Part shown: piece after piece, positions 28,884 to 38,661 of the stretch
How the letters are laid out: each line of letters opens with the position of its first letter
How positions within the stretch are numbered: position 1 is the first letter of the stretch
Assembly (NCBI GenBank): GCA_000146465.1
Contig: CP001946.1
DNA: 64,000 bases
Strand: one strand, 5' to 3'
The notes under the pieces: model-generated
What the model was told of the DNA's origin: nothing
What the model saw: only the letters and a program-made list of their open reading frames with translations
Databases searched by the model: none
Position numbers and translations under genes: made by a program

Positions 28884-29837
28884 CTATGGTTCCAGGCCCC
28901 AGTCCTTGCACCATTCTGGGAGGTTGGCTACATACTCTATTCCATTATATGTGTATTTCCAAGCATGAAGGCAGATATAGTAGTCCTTAGTGACGAAAGA
29001 CCTATTGTTTCTTCCTTTACAACTCCTTACCACATATTCGTATTTTCTTTTATCCTCAAAGCCACTTATCTCTGCATTGCAGGTGCTATCCCAAAGTGGC
29101 TGTGGCAACTCCCCATCCCCATACATGATGTCGTTTACAATTGGAAATCCTATACTTTGGAGATGAATTCTAATCTGGTGTGTGCGCCCGGTAATAGGCC
29201 TACATTCCACAAGCGAATGCCCATCTTTGTATGCTAGTCTTCTGAACAGTGTCAAGCATGCCTTTCCCTCGTCGCTAACATATCTGTGCTTTCCTTCGGC
29301 ACATGAGATCTTCTTATCTACATCTATGCTGTCAGGAAATAGTCCTTGTACCTTTGCGAGGTAGATCTTTCTGGCTTCTCTGATTGCTTCCAAGCATTTA
29401 GAATGGTTTTTCACTGCAACAATCAAGACCCCGGACACAGGCATGTCCAGTCTGTTGATGCAGGCCACCTTCTTGTCCCCAAAGAGTGCTCTTGTGACCG
29501 AGTATTCTCTATAACCTCCGGTGGGGTGGCATGGCATCCCCGGAGGCTTGTTCACGACAACATAGTCTTGCTCCTCCCTTATTATATCTATTTCCGGATG
29601 TGCCGGCTCATGAATGTGGACTGTATGCCTTATGACATCTCCGATTCGGAGTATTCTTCCGGGTTCCACAATCTCTTCGTTAACTGTTACTGCCCCGCAT
29701 TCCAACGCAGACAGAAAATAGTCCTTGGTTCTTGTTCTAAATTCCGAAGCAAGGACATCTATCACCGGTTTCTCACACCACCGTCCCTTAACGTTGGTTC
29801 TGAATGTGAAGAAGTATTCAGCCTCCCCTTTTGCCAT
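28884..29837 (-). CDS. RluA-family pseudouridine synthase
   Basis: HRLDMPVSGVLIVAVK (catalytic Asp motif), GRTHQIRIHL, and an N-terminal S4-like region. Confidence 0.85.
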   Translation of the reverse strand: MAKGEAEYFFTFRTNVKGRWCEKPVIDVLASEFRTRTKDYFLSALECGAVTVNEEIVEPGRILRIGDVIRHTVHIHEPAHPEIDIIREEQDYVVVNKPPGMPCHPTGGYREYSVTRALFGDKKVACINRLDMPVSGVLIVAVKNHSKCLEAIREARKIYLAKVQGLFPDSIDVDKKISCAEGKHRYVSDEGKACLTLFRRLAYKDGHSLVECRPITGRTHQIRIHLQSIGFPIVNDIMYGDGELPQPLWDSTCNAEISGFEDKRKYEYVVRSCKGRNNRSFVTKDYYICLHAWKYTYNGIEYVANLPEWCKDWGLEP

Positions 29838-29907
29838 CCCAGGGCTGTATTTTCGGCTTCAAGTCCTTGGCCTTGCCCACATGTCTATTTAATTCTTGGA
29901 GAAAAAA

Positions 29908-29916
29908 GCCTTTCCC
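29908..29916 (+). promoter_or_regulatory. C-rich (CCC) box immediately 5' of the GWT1 start codon
   Basis: 'gcctttccc' abuts the first ATG. This supports the ATG at 29917 over the TTG at 29896. Confidence 0.4.
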
Positions 29917-31113
29917 ATGAGGAACACAAACGAACTGGAGCTCTTGCAAATAACAAGTATAACCGCTCTGTCTCTGGTTGTCTATTCGTCTGGATACAGA
30001 AAAAGCATACTCAACGACTTTTTGTTCTACATAGTTCCCCAGTACTGTGCCGTGATGTTCCCAGACAGAATCTGGAGCACGTATCTTTGTTTAGCCATGC
30101 TCTTCAGATACTCACAAATCCAGAAATCTACAAACAGCAGTGAAAAAACTACGGTAATCGGATATTTAAGATTCACAATATCTCTTATAGTTGTGATTGC
30201 AATATACGGAGTGGACTTCTCGATATTTGACAGAAGACTTGGGAAGTCGGATTTTTTTGGAATCCAAATGATGGACATAGGTGTTGGAAGCTTCATTTAT
30301 AATAGCGGGGTTGTGGGCTGGAAAGGAAGGCCTTTAAGAAGGTGCATAAGGTCCTACCTAGTTCTTGTTATCCTTGGGTTTGTAAGGTACTTTGTTGTTA
30401 AGTGGTTTAATATCCACGTAAATCCAAGAGAGTACGGAATCCACTTAAACTTTTACTTTATACTTGCAGCTGTGAGACTCATATGTTCACTGATAGGGTC
30501 CAGATACAACTTTCTTCTGGGACTCTTTTTAATAACAATCTACGAAGTCGTTCTCAAGTTCTCTGGGTTGGTGGGCTTTATCTTTTCTGATCAGAGGAAA
30601 ACATTCCTGGAGATGAACAAGGAAGGACTAGTGGCGGTTATTCCATACACATCGATATTTTTGATGGCATCGGAGATTGGAAGAATATGCTCCTCCAAGG
30701 ACAAGGTAAGAAGCAAGGGATTTCAAGTCCTGAGGATGTCGGGTATATTTGGATGTCTCTATGCAGTGTCGCAGCTCTCCAACGAAGGATCTAGAAGATT
30801 GGGAAATGCGGGGTTTGTGTTCTGGATACTTACCCTTCACACCTTGCATATGGGGATATACATGCTTTTTGAAAGTGTGATTGTCCTACACAATCCATTG
30901 ACATCTATGTTCTGTAGTTCCAACATGATGTTTGTATTTTTGTTTTCAAACCTGATTGTCCTACTTGGAAACTTCTTTTATGATCTTGGGAGCTTTTCAC
31001 CTCTAGTTGCACATCTGAACATTCTTTCCTATCTGGTGCTTGTGTTTTCGATTCCAGCTCTGTTGGCGAGTAGGTTTGACCTGCGCTGTGTGGGGCTGGG
31101 ATACCGGTCCTGA
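29917..31113 (+). CDS. GWT1: GPI-anchor biosynthesis inositol acyltransferase GWT1/PIG-W
   Basis: The ORF-track start (29896) is TTG. The first ATG at 29917 is preceded by 'tttccc'. FDRRLGKSDFFGIQMMDIGVGSFIYNSG matches the GWT1 signature (..PRRFAK.E.WGTSLMDLGVGSFVF), and the protein is multipass membrane. Confidence 0.8.
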   Translation: MRNTNELELLQITSITALSLVVYSSGYRKSILNDFLFYIVPQYCAVMFPDRIWSTYLCLAMLFRYSQIQKSTNSSEKTTVIGYLRFTISLIVVIAIYGVDFSIFDRRLGKSDFFGIQMMDIGVGSFIYNSGVVGWKGRPLRRCIRSYLVLVILGFVRYFVVKWFNIHVNPREYGIHLNFYFILAAVRLICSLIGSRYNFLLGLFLITIYEVVLKFSGLVGFIFSDQRKTFLEMNKEGLVAVIPYTSIFLMASEIGRICSSKDKVRSKGFQVLRMSGIFGCLYAVSQLSNEGSRRLGNAGFVFWILTLHTLHMGIYMLFESVIVLHNPLTSMFCSSNMMFVFLFSNLIVLLGNFFYDLGSFSPLVAHLNILSYLVLVFSIPALLASRFDLRCVGLGYRS

Positions 31114-31148
31114 AAAGAAATAAAAGCTTATTGGACCCTTTTGTTGGT

Positions 31149-32765
31149 ATGAATAAAGAAGGCCATCGAATGGAACTGGAGGATGAAAGACATGCCATAA
31201 TATTGGAGAATGTCTTCTATCTTCTTTGTGGGGTTGACACCACCCACTTAAGGATAGGAGTGAAGGACAAGAGGTATGCATTGATAGGAGACCCGACATA
31301 TCCTCCTCAGCTTATTCTTCCGTTTGAATCGCTAGCAATCAATGTAAGAGTTCTCAACAAGTTTATATTGAAGTCACAGTATTCATCCGATACAATTCGA
31401 GAAATGGTAGGAGACTACTTTGAGGCTAAGATCGGCAAGTACTTGAAGGATCTTATGGGCCTTCGATGCCAAACACGGAGTATTGAGATGCTTATAGTGA
31501 GCCTTGGAAGCCGAGTCGAGGAGTTTGATGAGATGAAGGAAATTGTAGACGACATTAGGGACATGTCGGGAGTTCGGATACTGAACCATCTTAAGAAAAG
31601 AAGGGATAGAACTGTACATTTTCTAGGTCTTTATGATGATCTCATTAATCCTTGCATTCACCGAATAAGAGAAGAGGTGCAAGGTTGGGTTACAGAAGGG
31701 CTGATGCCGAGCAGTGAGTTTATGGTGAAGAAAAACGAGTGCTTGAATGAATTTACGGATTGTGTGTGGACACATTGGTATAGGATTGCCCAGGATAACG
31801 TGCCATACTTTTTGGAAGATCACAAGAACCTTATCTACAATTGTGGAAGGATAGTCAATCTCGGACGGATGATCCATGGGAAAAACATATTCCACAACTT
31901 GGCAGAGGAGTATGGGAATCTTGGGCTTACAGGGTTAAATTCATATCTGAACACACAGTTTTTAGAGTCACTTCGAAGTAGCCTTGAAAGGGAATTGGAT
32001 GTAATGTATAGATATCTTCTGGTGAATGAGTCGTCTCTGTACTTAGACATTTTCGAAGAGTTAGGGGACGAGATGTTCTTCCCAAACGAAAGAACGGTTG
32101 CCAAGATGAATGCCATTCGAGAGTCGAAGAATGCGGAGGGCCTTATCTTTAGAAGATCGGATGTGCCCACCAACAAGTATATCCTGGAGATTTTGAATAC
32201 CAAGATGGAGGCCTGCCAGGAAAGGCATCTTACTATGCTACAGCTCCTGACTGTCGAATACACTCCATCGATCCTCAGGAATTTCTTGTCACCAAGAACG
32301 GTTTCTGAGCTGGAGATAATTTTTAGGTTCCTATTTACACTTACTGGGTTGTCATACTACATGAGCAGATTCAAAGGGTTTTGGTTTGCAAGGATGGCGG
32401 CAATGGTTGTGGACAAATTCAGGTTTTCGATCCATTCAAGAATGAAGCCTGTTAGGGTAGAAAAGGATATGGATTACATAAGAGACTCCATGCTCTCAAG
32501 TACTAAGAAGTGGCTTCGAGACATGTATCTTACAAGCGGGAAGGCGTATCATGCATGGAGCAATTTTTTTGATCTTTGTTTCAACTTCTTGGACGTCGAG
32601 TACAAGTCTGCCCTTAGCAAGGAAGAGATAAAGATGTTTGAGGGTCGATTGGTTGGAAGTATAGTACTTCTTAAGGATGTATTGGAGGTTACCGAGCACA
32701 GTGACTTGTTTGTTCACTTCCTGGGTAGCACCCAATGGATAGACATAGGCGGTGGTTCTGTGTAG
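31149..32765 (+). CDS. possible gamma-tubulin complex component (GCP/Spc97-Spc98 family), 538 aa
   Basis: The ORF-track start (31131) is TTG. The first ATG is at 31149. N-terminal ERHAIILENVFYLLCGVDTTHLRI resembles the GCP motif (E..LVRDLLYVFQGIDGKYI). Otherwise helical with no other strong signature. Confidence 0.4.
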   Translation: MNKEGHRMELEDERHAIILENVFYLLCGVDTTHLRIGVKDKRYALIGDPTYPPQLILPFESLAINVRVLNKFILKSQYSSDTIREMVGDYFEAKIGKYLKDLMGLRCQTRSIEMLIVSLGSRVEEFDEMKEIVDDIRDMSGVRILNHLKKRRDRTVHFLGLYDDLINPCIHRIREEVQGWVTEGLMPSSEFMVKKNECLNEFTDCVWTHWYRIAQDNVPYFLEDHKNLIYNCGRIVNLGRMIHGKNIFHNLAEEYGNLGLTGLNSYLNTQFLESLRSSLERELDVMYRYLLVNESSLYLDIFEELGDEMFFPNERTVAKMNAIRESKNAEGLIFRRSDVPTNKYILEILNTKMEACQERHLTMLQLLTVEYTPSILRNFLSPRTVSELEIIFRFLFTLTGLSYYMSRFKGFWFARMAAMVVDKFRFSIHSRMKPVRVEKDMDYIRDSMLSSTKKWLRDMYLTSGKAYHAWSNFFDLCFNFLDVEYKSALSKEEIKMFEGRLVGSIVLLKDVLEVTEHSDLFVHFLGSTQWIDIGGGSV

Positions 32766-32928
32766 AACTTAAAGTTTTCCGAGTTTGTGAAGTTTCAGCT
32801 ACTAAAACCTATAGAATTAATATTGGAACCTACTCTTCCAATATCAGGCTACTTTTATAAATGAGTGTCAGTGCTGTTTCAGATTGTGGTGATTTACATT
32901 CAGAAATACACTGGAAGATAAATAAACA

Positions 32929-33792
32929 ATGGAGAGAAAGTCTCTAGGCAAGCCTTTTGAAAGAAACCTAAGGACTGTGAATGGCCTTGCAGATGGGGAC
33001 TTTGAGATTTACAAAAAAAGCTTCTTCGAATACTACGACGACCTGATACGGAAGTACTTTGGGACCTTTGAGAGATTTAAACTGAGGCAGGGTAAGTTGG
33101 CAAGGGTATTCTTTTCACACGACACCTTGAAGCTTCATTCCAAATATGAATGGGTTGTTACGAGGCTCAGCTATGGAAAGGAGGGAGAGCTGATGGTTCC
33201 CAGGAACTTCTACATACTGACAGAAACGGTTCTGAGCCTTGACTGCAAGGTTGGAGGGATCTTCCGGGTCCGAAACTCAATTACTACCATTAAGGAATGT
33301 GTAGATGCAATCAACCAGTATGTCAGCAGAAACCTCTCTTACGGGGAGGCTCGAAGACTTCTCATCCGGGATTTCAATGTGATTGATCTCACGACAGCAT
33401 TTAAGGAGATTCTTAGAGAATACTCCACCACCATTATTCCAGAGAGCTTGATAGACACTATGTTTAAAATAGCAAGGATCGAGAATAGAGACGATCAAAT
33501 CATTCTTTGCCAGATGCTATTTATATCAATGCCAAAAACAAATAGACATGTCCTGGAAGCAACAATTTACTTTTTATATGTGATGCATGACATTGCAACA
33601 GACGGAGGAAAGAACCACAAGAATAACATGAACATGGAGGGGATTTCCACCATAATGATGCCAAATCTTGTGATCAAACCCCACAATGAACTGGATCTAG
33701 AACAAGTTGGAGTTCTTGTAAATTTTATGAAGATGTTCTTTAGAGACTTTGCAAAGATTATCCAGCTTGATCCGAACATCATGGAACTTTAG
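32929..33792 (+). CDS. RhoGAP-domain protein
   Basis: VGGIFRVRNS (arginine-finger block), AFKEILREYSTTIIPESL, MPKTNRHVLEATIYFLYVM and NMEGISTIMMPNLV follow the RhoGAP block order. Confidence 0.55.
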   Translation: MERKSLGKPFERNLRTVNGLADGDFEIYKKSFFEYYDDLIRKYFGTFERFKLRQGKLARVFFSHDTLKLHSKYEWVVTRLSYGKEGELMVPRNFYILTETVLSLDCKVGGIFRVRNSITTIKECVDAINQYVSRNLSYGEARRLLIRDFNVIDLTTAFKEILREYSTTIIPESLIDTMFKIARIENRDDQIILCQMLFISMPKTNRHVLEATIYFLYVMHDIATDGGKNHKNNMNMEGISTIMMPNLVIKPHNELDLEQVGVLVNFMKMFFRDFAKIIQLDPNIMEL

Positions 33793-33886
33793 CAGCCTAA
33801 CTATTCGACCAATAAATTCAAAAAAAGTTATTTATCTCTTTGCTGGTTTCCAAAGGTTATAACCGAACAAAGTAGTCCCTGGACGG

Positions 33887-34957
33887 ATGGGATTGCTTCC
33901 GTTGGATAAAAGGGCCAGAAGAATGAATCTCTTTGATGTGGGAAGGTGTATACTTGAAGGAATTGAATACATTGAAGAGATTCTTGAGTCTGGAATCAAC
34001 ATTACAAAGGAACTCGAGAAGGATCTTTATGTGCCATTGCTACTCTCGAGGCTGAAGACAGATGGATTTACAGAAGAGGACCATAGAAACAGCACATCCA
34101 TTGTTTGCTTGACGCCTTTGGGCCCGGGTTCGTTGAACAAGTTTCTACTGCGCTTCTTCAAGGGCTTTGCACTTAGTAGCAGAGATGGCCAAATCGACAT
34201 TGAGTTTTCCTCGAGACAGGATGCTACAAAGTGCTTGTATCTGAGTAGCAGAGATTTTACCTTTCTTCGTCCATCTGGCTATATAGAGTTCCCTGGGGAT
34301 GGAGAAGTAAGAGAGGCAGGAAGCAAGTACTGCAAAGATGTTCCATGCACTGTAGACAAGATTCTGCTGGGCCCGCTGGACATTTCCGCTTCTATCCTTC
34401 GGGATGCTCTTGACGAAATATCTCCCTTGCAAAGCTTTAGAGAATGTGGAAATCCCTCATATTTTGTCTTTACATTCAGGAACCCGGAACTTTGTGATCC
34501 TTTTGTAAAGGCCACAAGCCATATTTTTATCTCGGATGTGGGACGGCCTTTGGCCTCTGTAAGGGCTTACAAGGGTTGTTCAATACTGAATCTCGGCAGG
34601 AGCATTCCTTCTCTTATGCCAAGAAGAATGGCAGGGCCTATTGCGCTCAGCAAGGAAAAGACCAGGATAGTAGTGCTTTTAAATGTTATAGGCCCGTGGG
34701 ACGTAGATGTTTCGGAAATCATCGAGGCAATTAGAGGAATGTGTTCTAGAAACGAAGGAGTAAAAAATGTGATGGTACCTCGGAGCAAACACTTTCCTGG
34801 AAGACAGCCTGGGAGTTCTCGAATATTTATAGAATGCAAGGACTTGGAAACGTCCCAGAGGATTCACAATGAGTTTGGAGGGCTTGTTTATAAGGATCGG
34901 ATTGTTGCAGCAGGATACTATCCCGAGCTGAATTACTTTGCTGGAGAATATGAATGA
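33887..34957 (+). CDS. RNA-binding protein with a C-terminal UHM-like RRM; candidate splicing factor (U2AF65/Mud2/SPF45-like)
   Basis: The C-terminus VVLLNVIGPWDVDVSEIIEAIRGMCSRNEGVKNVMVPR...SSRIFIECKDLETSQRIHNEFGGLVYKDRIVAAGYYPELNY fits the U2AF-homology-motif pattern (..kiFVEF.....A..a...L.GR.F.GR.V.a.yy). Confidence 0.4.
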   Translation: MGLLPLDKRARRMNLFDVGRCILEGIEYIEEILESGINITKELEKDLYVPLLLSRLKTDGFTEEDHRNSTSIVCLTPLGPGSLNKFLLRFFKGFALSSRDGQIDIEFSSRQDATKCLYLSSRDFTFLRPSGYIEFPGDGEVREAGSKYCKDVPCTVDKILLGPLDISASILRDALDEISPLQSFRECGNPSYFVFTFRNPELCDPFVKATSHIFISDVGRPLASVRAYKGCSILNLGRSIPSLMPRRMAGPIALSKEKTRIVVLLNVIGPWDVDVSEIIEAIRGMCSRNEGVKNVMVPRSKHFPGRQPGSSRIFIECKDLETSQRIHNEFGGLVYKDRIVAAGYYPELNYFAGEYE

Positions 34958-35007
34958 CATGACGTTTATTAAACAAAAGACATGCAAAGGAATCCAAACA
35001 AACCAGG

Positions 35008-36435
35008 ATGAGCGAGAACAAGATTCCTTTGCATGTAATGTTGGTTACCTATTTGTTTTATCTTATTGTTGTTTTATTAGGGCATGCCAGAGACACATTT
35101 GGAAAGTGGCTTTTTCCCAAGATACAGAAAAGAAACAAGCTGGACGACAACAGGGTGCCGTTGTACAGCAACTTCGAAAGCTTCTTCAGACGTCGGATTT
35201 TCAAACGATTCCAGGACTGCTGGGAAAACCCCATTTCCGGAGTCCCGGGGAGGTATATCACTGTCCTGGAAAGGATAATAGAAGACTCCAATGAAAGCTT
35301 TCGCCTAACAGGAAAGAAGCTAAAGCTGCTCAATCTCGGGTCTTATAATTATCTCGGCTTCAGTAACAACGAGGGATCTATTGTGGAGAAGGTTGTGGAA
35401 GTGGTACACAAGTACCCTCTTGTACTGACGGCACCTGCAAGGGAGGTGGGAAGCTACGACATAATCAGGGAGTTGGAGGAGGAGATGGCGTCTTTTCTAC
35501 ATCAAGAGGACTGTATGGTGTTTTCGATTGGATATGGTACAAACTCCTCAAACATACCTGTGATATGTGAGGAGGGGACTCTCATCCTGTCGGACGAGCT
35601 TAACCATGCGTCTCTGATAACAGGGGCAAAGATCAGCAAAGGAGTTATAAGAGTATTTGAGCACAATAATATGAAGGACCTAGAGAGTAAGCTTATCTTC
35701 AACATTTCCCAAGGCCAGCCCTTGACACACAGAGCATGGAGGAAGATTGTTGTGATTGTAGAGGGAATTTACTCTATGGAGGGAACTATTGCCAACATAA
35801 AGAAGCTTGTTGAGTTGAAAAAGAAGTATAAGTTCTACATATTTGTTGATGAAGCACACTCGATAGGGGCACTAGGGGCCACGGGAAGAGGAGTATGCGA
35901 ACATGCAAATGTGGATTTCAGGGAGGTTGATATTCTTATGGGAACATTTACAAAGTCTTTTGGGGGGATGGGAGGATACATAGCAGGATCGAAGAAGCTG
36001 GTGACATGGCTAAGGTTCTATGGTGATTTGTCTCTATATGGAGACCAAATGCCACCATTTGTATGTTCGCAGATACTGGAGAGCTTGAGATGCATAAAAT
36101 CTACGGAGCTTGGAAGGTTGAAGATCGAAAAGCTCAGGTCGAACACGGTTCTCATGAGGCAGAACCTTGTGAATGCTGGCTTTTTTATACTTGGAGACGA
36201 ATTCTCTCCAGTCATTCCGATTCTGATAGTGTGCCCTGGGAAGCTGGTTGAGTTTTCAAGGCTCTGCATGATGGAGGGGATTGGGATTATTGTTGTTGGA
36301 TATCCAGCAACTCCTATATTGACAAGCAGGGTTCGGCTATGTATTTCGGCCTCACACACCACAGAGGATGTGATGAAAGCATTTGAGATCATCAATAAAG
36401 TGGGGGACAAGCTTGGAGTGAAGATTTGTAAATAA
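35008..36435 (+). CDS. LCB2: serine palmitoyltransferase, catalytic subunit LCB2
   Basis: LNLGSYNYLGF, DEAHSIGALGATGRG, and GTFTKSFGGMGGYIAG carrying the PLP-binding Lys, within a class-II aminotransferase fold. Confidence 0.9.
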   Translation: MSENKIPLHVMLVTYLFYLIVVLLGHARDTFGKWLFPKIQKRNKLDDNRVPLYSNFESFFRRRIFKRFQDCWENPISGVPGRYITVLERIIEDSNESFRLTGKKLKLLNLGSYNYLGFSNNEGSIVEKVVEVVHKYPLVLTAPAREVGSYDIIRELEEEMASFLHQEDCMVFSIGYGTNSSNIPVICEEGTLILSDELNHASLITGAKISKGVIRVFEHNNMKDLESKLIFNISQGQPLTHRAWRKIVVIVEGIYSMEGTIANIKKLVELKKKYKFYIFVDEAHSIGALGATGRGVCEHANVDFREVDILMGTFTKSFGGMGGYIAGSKKLVTWLRFYGDLSLYGDQMPPFVCSQILESLRCIKSTELGRLKIEKLRSNTVLMRQNLVNAGFFILGDEFSPVIPILIVCPGKLVEFSRLCMMEGIGIIVVGYPATPILTSRVRLCISASHTTEDVMKAFEIINKVGDKLGVKICK

Positions 36436-37434
36436 ATGGGGCTACAAGCAATAAAGATGAGGAGAGGGGATCCCATGGAGACAGAAGTATATGCAGTGGA
36501 CTTCAATCCGAGTAAAAACATACTAATATATGGAGGGGGGGACGAGAGATGCATTGTTATGGATCTCGGGACCGGCGACATTATCAGTATAGTAGAGAAT
36601 TTTAACGACTCGATAATATTTTGTAAGTTTGTAGATGATGAGAGATTCATTGTTGGATCGTTGAATGGAACGATATCTCTAATGACATTAGAAGATGAGA
36701 TTAATAGTGTTGAGGTGGGAGAAGACATCTCAAAAATGAAAATAGATGGAGATAAGCTTCTAGTGGGGACAGCCCAAGGAAATGTGCATCTATTCAGCTT
36801 GGACCTGTGTATTCAGAATGTCTGCATTGGCCAGCACAACGAAATACAAGACATATGCTATGAAAGAGGCAAGGCATACACCCTCAGCGAGGCAAACTTC
36901 ATGGTATTTGATGCCAAGAGCCACCAGAAGCTTATGGACTTGTACGTGAGGGATGGAAGTGCCATGGACAAGATCCCTGGGAGCGATGTAGTATGCCTGG
37001 GGTTGAAGGGATGTGCTCTAATACGAAAGAACGCTCATCTTCTGGGAAGGATCGAGATTGAAGGAAGTCCGGAATGTATCCTGTACATGAACAACTACTT
37101 TATTGTTGGTGGGGATTTTGATCATATCCTTCTCATTAACATGCCTATGGGAATGCGCACATTCAAGATACCGATTGAGGGAATGTCAGGGATATCGAGG
37201 ATAAGAGGAGATGGAGAAAATCGGATTGTGTTTGGAACGTTTGGAGGAGTGGTTGGCTTTGGCGACATAAGGGATGAGAAAAGTTTTAAGCTTGTCGAAG
37301 GTGGAGTGGGATGCATCTTTGATCTGTGCTTCAAGGACGGAATGATATATGTTGGAGGAGAAGAAGGATTTAATGTGGTTGATGTAGGAAAGGATTACAG
37401 TGGAGCAGCAAAGGAATACTTTCCTTCGAGCTAA
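36436..37434 (+). CDS. WD-repeat / beta-propeller protein
   Basis: Repeated beta-strand blocks (IYGGGDERCIVMDL, IVGSLNGTISLM, LVGTAQGNVHLFSL, IVGGDFDHILLINM). The ATG abuts the LCB2 stop codon. Confidence 0.6.
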   Translation: MGLQAIKMRRGDPMETEVYAVDFNPSKNILIYGGGDERCIVMDLGTGDIISIVENFNDSIIFCKFVDDERFIVGSLNGTISLMTLEDEINSVEVGEDISKMKIDGDKLLVGTAQGNVHLFSLDLCIQNVCIGQHNEIQDICYERGKAYTLSEANFMVFDAKSHQKLMDLYVRDGSAMDKIPGSDVVCLGLKGCALIRKNAHLLGRIEIEGSPECILYMNNYFIVGGDFDHILLINMPMGMRTFKIPIEGMSGISRIRGDGENRIVFGTFGGVVGFGDIRDEKSFKLVEGGVGCIFDLCFKDGMIYVGGEEGFNVVDVGKDYSGAAKEYFPSS

Positions 37435-37450
37435 TACTAATAAAGACGAA

Positions 37451-37828
37451 TCATTCAAATGATCTTGAAAACAGCTCTTTGGATATTAGTCCATCGGAGT
37501 TGAACATGTCTATCATTATTGATATATCTTCGTCTGGGATGTTCATGTCAAGCTTGGACGTGGCCTTTTTCAGTGTTTGGAAGGAGATGCAATCCTCTCC
37601 TGAGGAGAGAAAGTCAAACACACCGCTAATCTCTGTATCGCATGACGCAAACTCTACTGCATTATATTCTATTCTGTTTCCCATCTTCTTTTTTCCCAGC
37701 GGTTGTTTGAGTATACTCAGGCAATATCCTCTGTATTCCTCGTAGCTCAGAAACCCTTTCTTACCAATATCAAATGAATGTGGATCATTCGGGAGGCTCT
37801 TCTTTTCCATTAAAGTATGGGCACTCAT
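37451..37828 (-). CDS. small EF-hand calcium-binding protein
   Basis: EF loops DIGKKGFLSYEE and DMFNSDGLISKE in about 125 aa. Confidence 0.6.
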   Translation of the reverse strand: MSAHTLMEKKSLPNDPHSFDIGKKGFLSYEEYRGYCLSILKQPLGKKKMGNRIEYNAVEFASCDTEISGVFDFLSSGEDCISFQTLKKATSKLDMNIPDEDISIMIDMFNSDGLISKELFSRSFE

Positions 37829-38649
37829 ACTATTCTCCCCAAATAGCTATAGACACTTGGATGAACGAAAAGGAGCCAGGAAAAGAAGATCATCGGAGTA
37901 CAGGAAACAGATGTCCAAGCGCTAGTAGAATGATTCCTACAGAACTGGAGCAACTGGATGCCGTTGCAGATGCTTGTCTCCGGGTATCCACGCCCATTAA
38001 GAGAGAAGGATATGAACTGTTCTCCGAAGACTTACAGAGAACAAAAGACGGGTCGATGCTCAACGACAAAATAATCAATGTGTACTTCGAGCTCCTTGCC
38101 AAACACTCGAAGACTCCTATGTATGTCTTTTCCACATTCTTCTACACAACCCTGAGCAAGAAAGGAGTGGAATGGGTGCAGAGATGGACTTCAAGCGCAA
38201 ACATATTTGAGAACAGATTGATATACATTCCAGTGTATGTTCCAGGGCATTGGATGTTTGTGGCTTTCGATGTCAGAGAGATGGTGCTTGAGCACTACGA
38301 CTCTATGGGGAATGTCTACACAGATGTAGTCCTGAGGATACTAGAGTATCTGAGAAGTGAGTGGAACAGGATCTACGGGAGAAAACTCTCTGTGTGTGTT
38401 CGGATTAAAAGAAAAATACCCTTGCAAAGAAACGGGAGGGACTGCGGGGTATTCGTGTGCATGTTTGGAAGATACAGGTTAGACGGAGATGGCTGCTGGT
38501 TCTCTTCGAACGACATCCCAATGTTTAGGAAGATGATGTTGCATGAAATTATAGATGGAAGGATTCTGTACCAGACATTCCATTGGTCTAGCCAGATTCC
38601 CTGTCCAAAAGAAGATACAAGCACTGTAATTGTAGATACGAAGCCTTAG
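37774..38649 (+). CDS. ULP1: Ulp1/SENP-family SUMO protease (C48)
   Basis: LNDKIINVYFELL, the catalytic His in IPVYVPGHWMFVAFD, and Gln-Cys in QRNGRDCGVFVCMF. The N-terminal 90 aa are not conserved, so the true start may lie downstream. Confidence 0.8.
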   Translation: MNVDHSGGSSFPLKYGHSYYSPQIAIDTWMNEKEPGKEDHRSTGNRCPSASRMIPTELEQLDAVADACLRVSTPIKREGYELFSEDLQRTKDGSMLNDKIINVYFELLAKHSKTPMYVFSTFFYTTLSKKGVEWVQRWTSSANIFENRLIYIPVYVPGHWMFVAFDVREMVLEHYDSMGNVYTDVVLRILEYLRSEWNRIYGRKLSVCVRIKRKIPLQRNGRDCGVFVCMFGRYRLDGDGCWFSSNDIPMFRKMMLHEIIDGRILYQTFHWSSQIPCPKEDTSTVIVDTKP

Positions 38650-38661
38650 CCCTTCAAGGTT

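Noticed and set aside
36018-36728. 236-aa minus-strand ORF spanning the LCB2/WD-protein junction
   Set aside because: It overlaps two homology-supported plus-strand genes, with Ser/Leu/Pro-rich composition.
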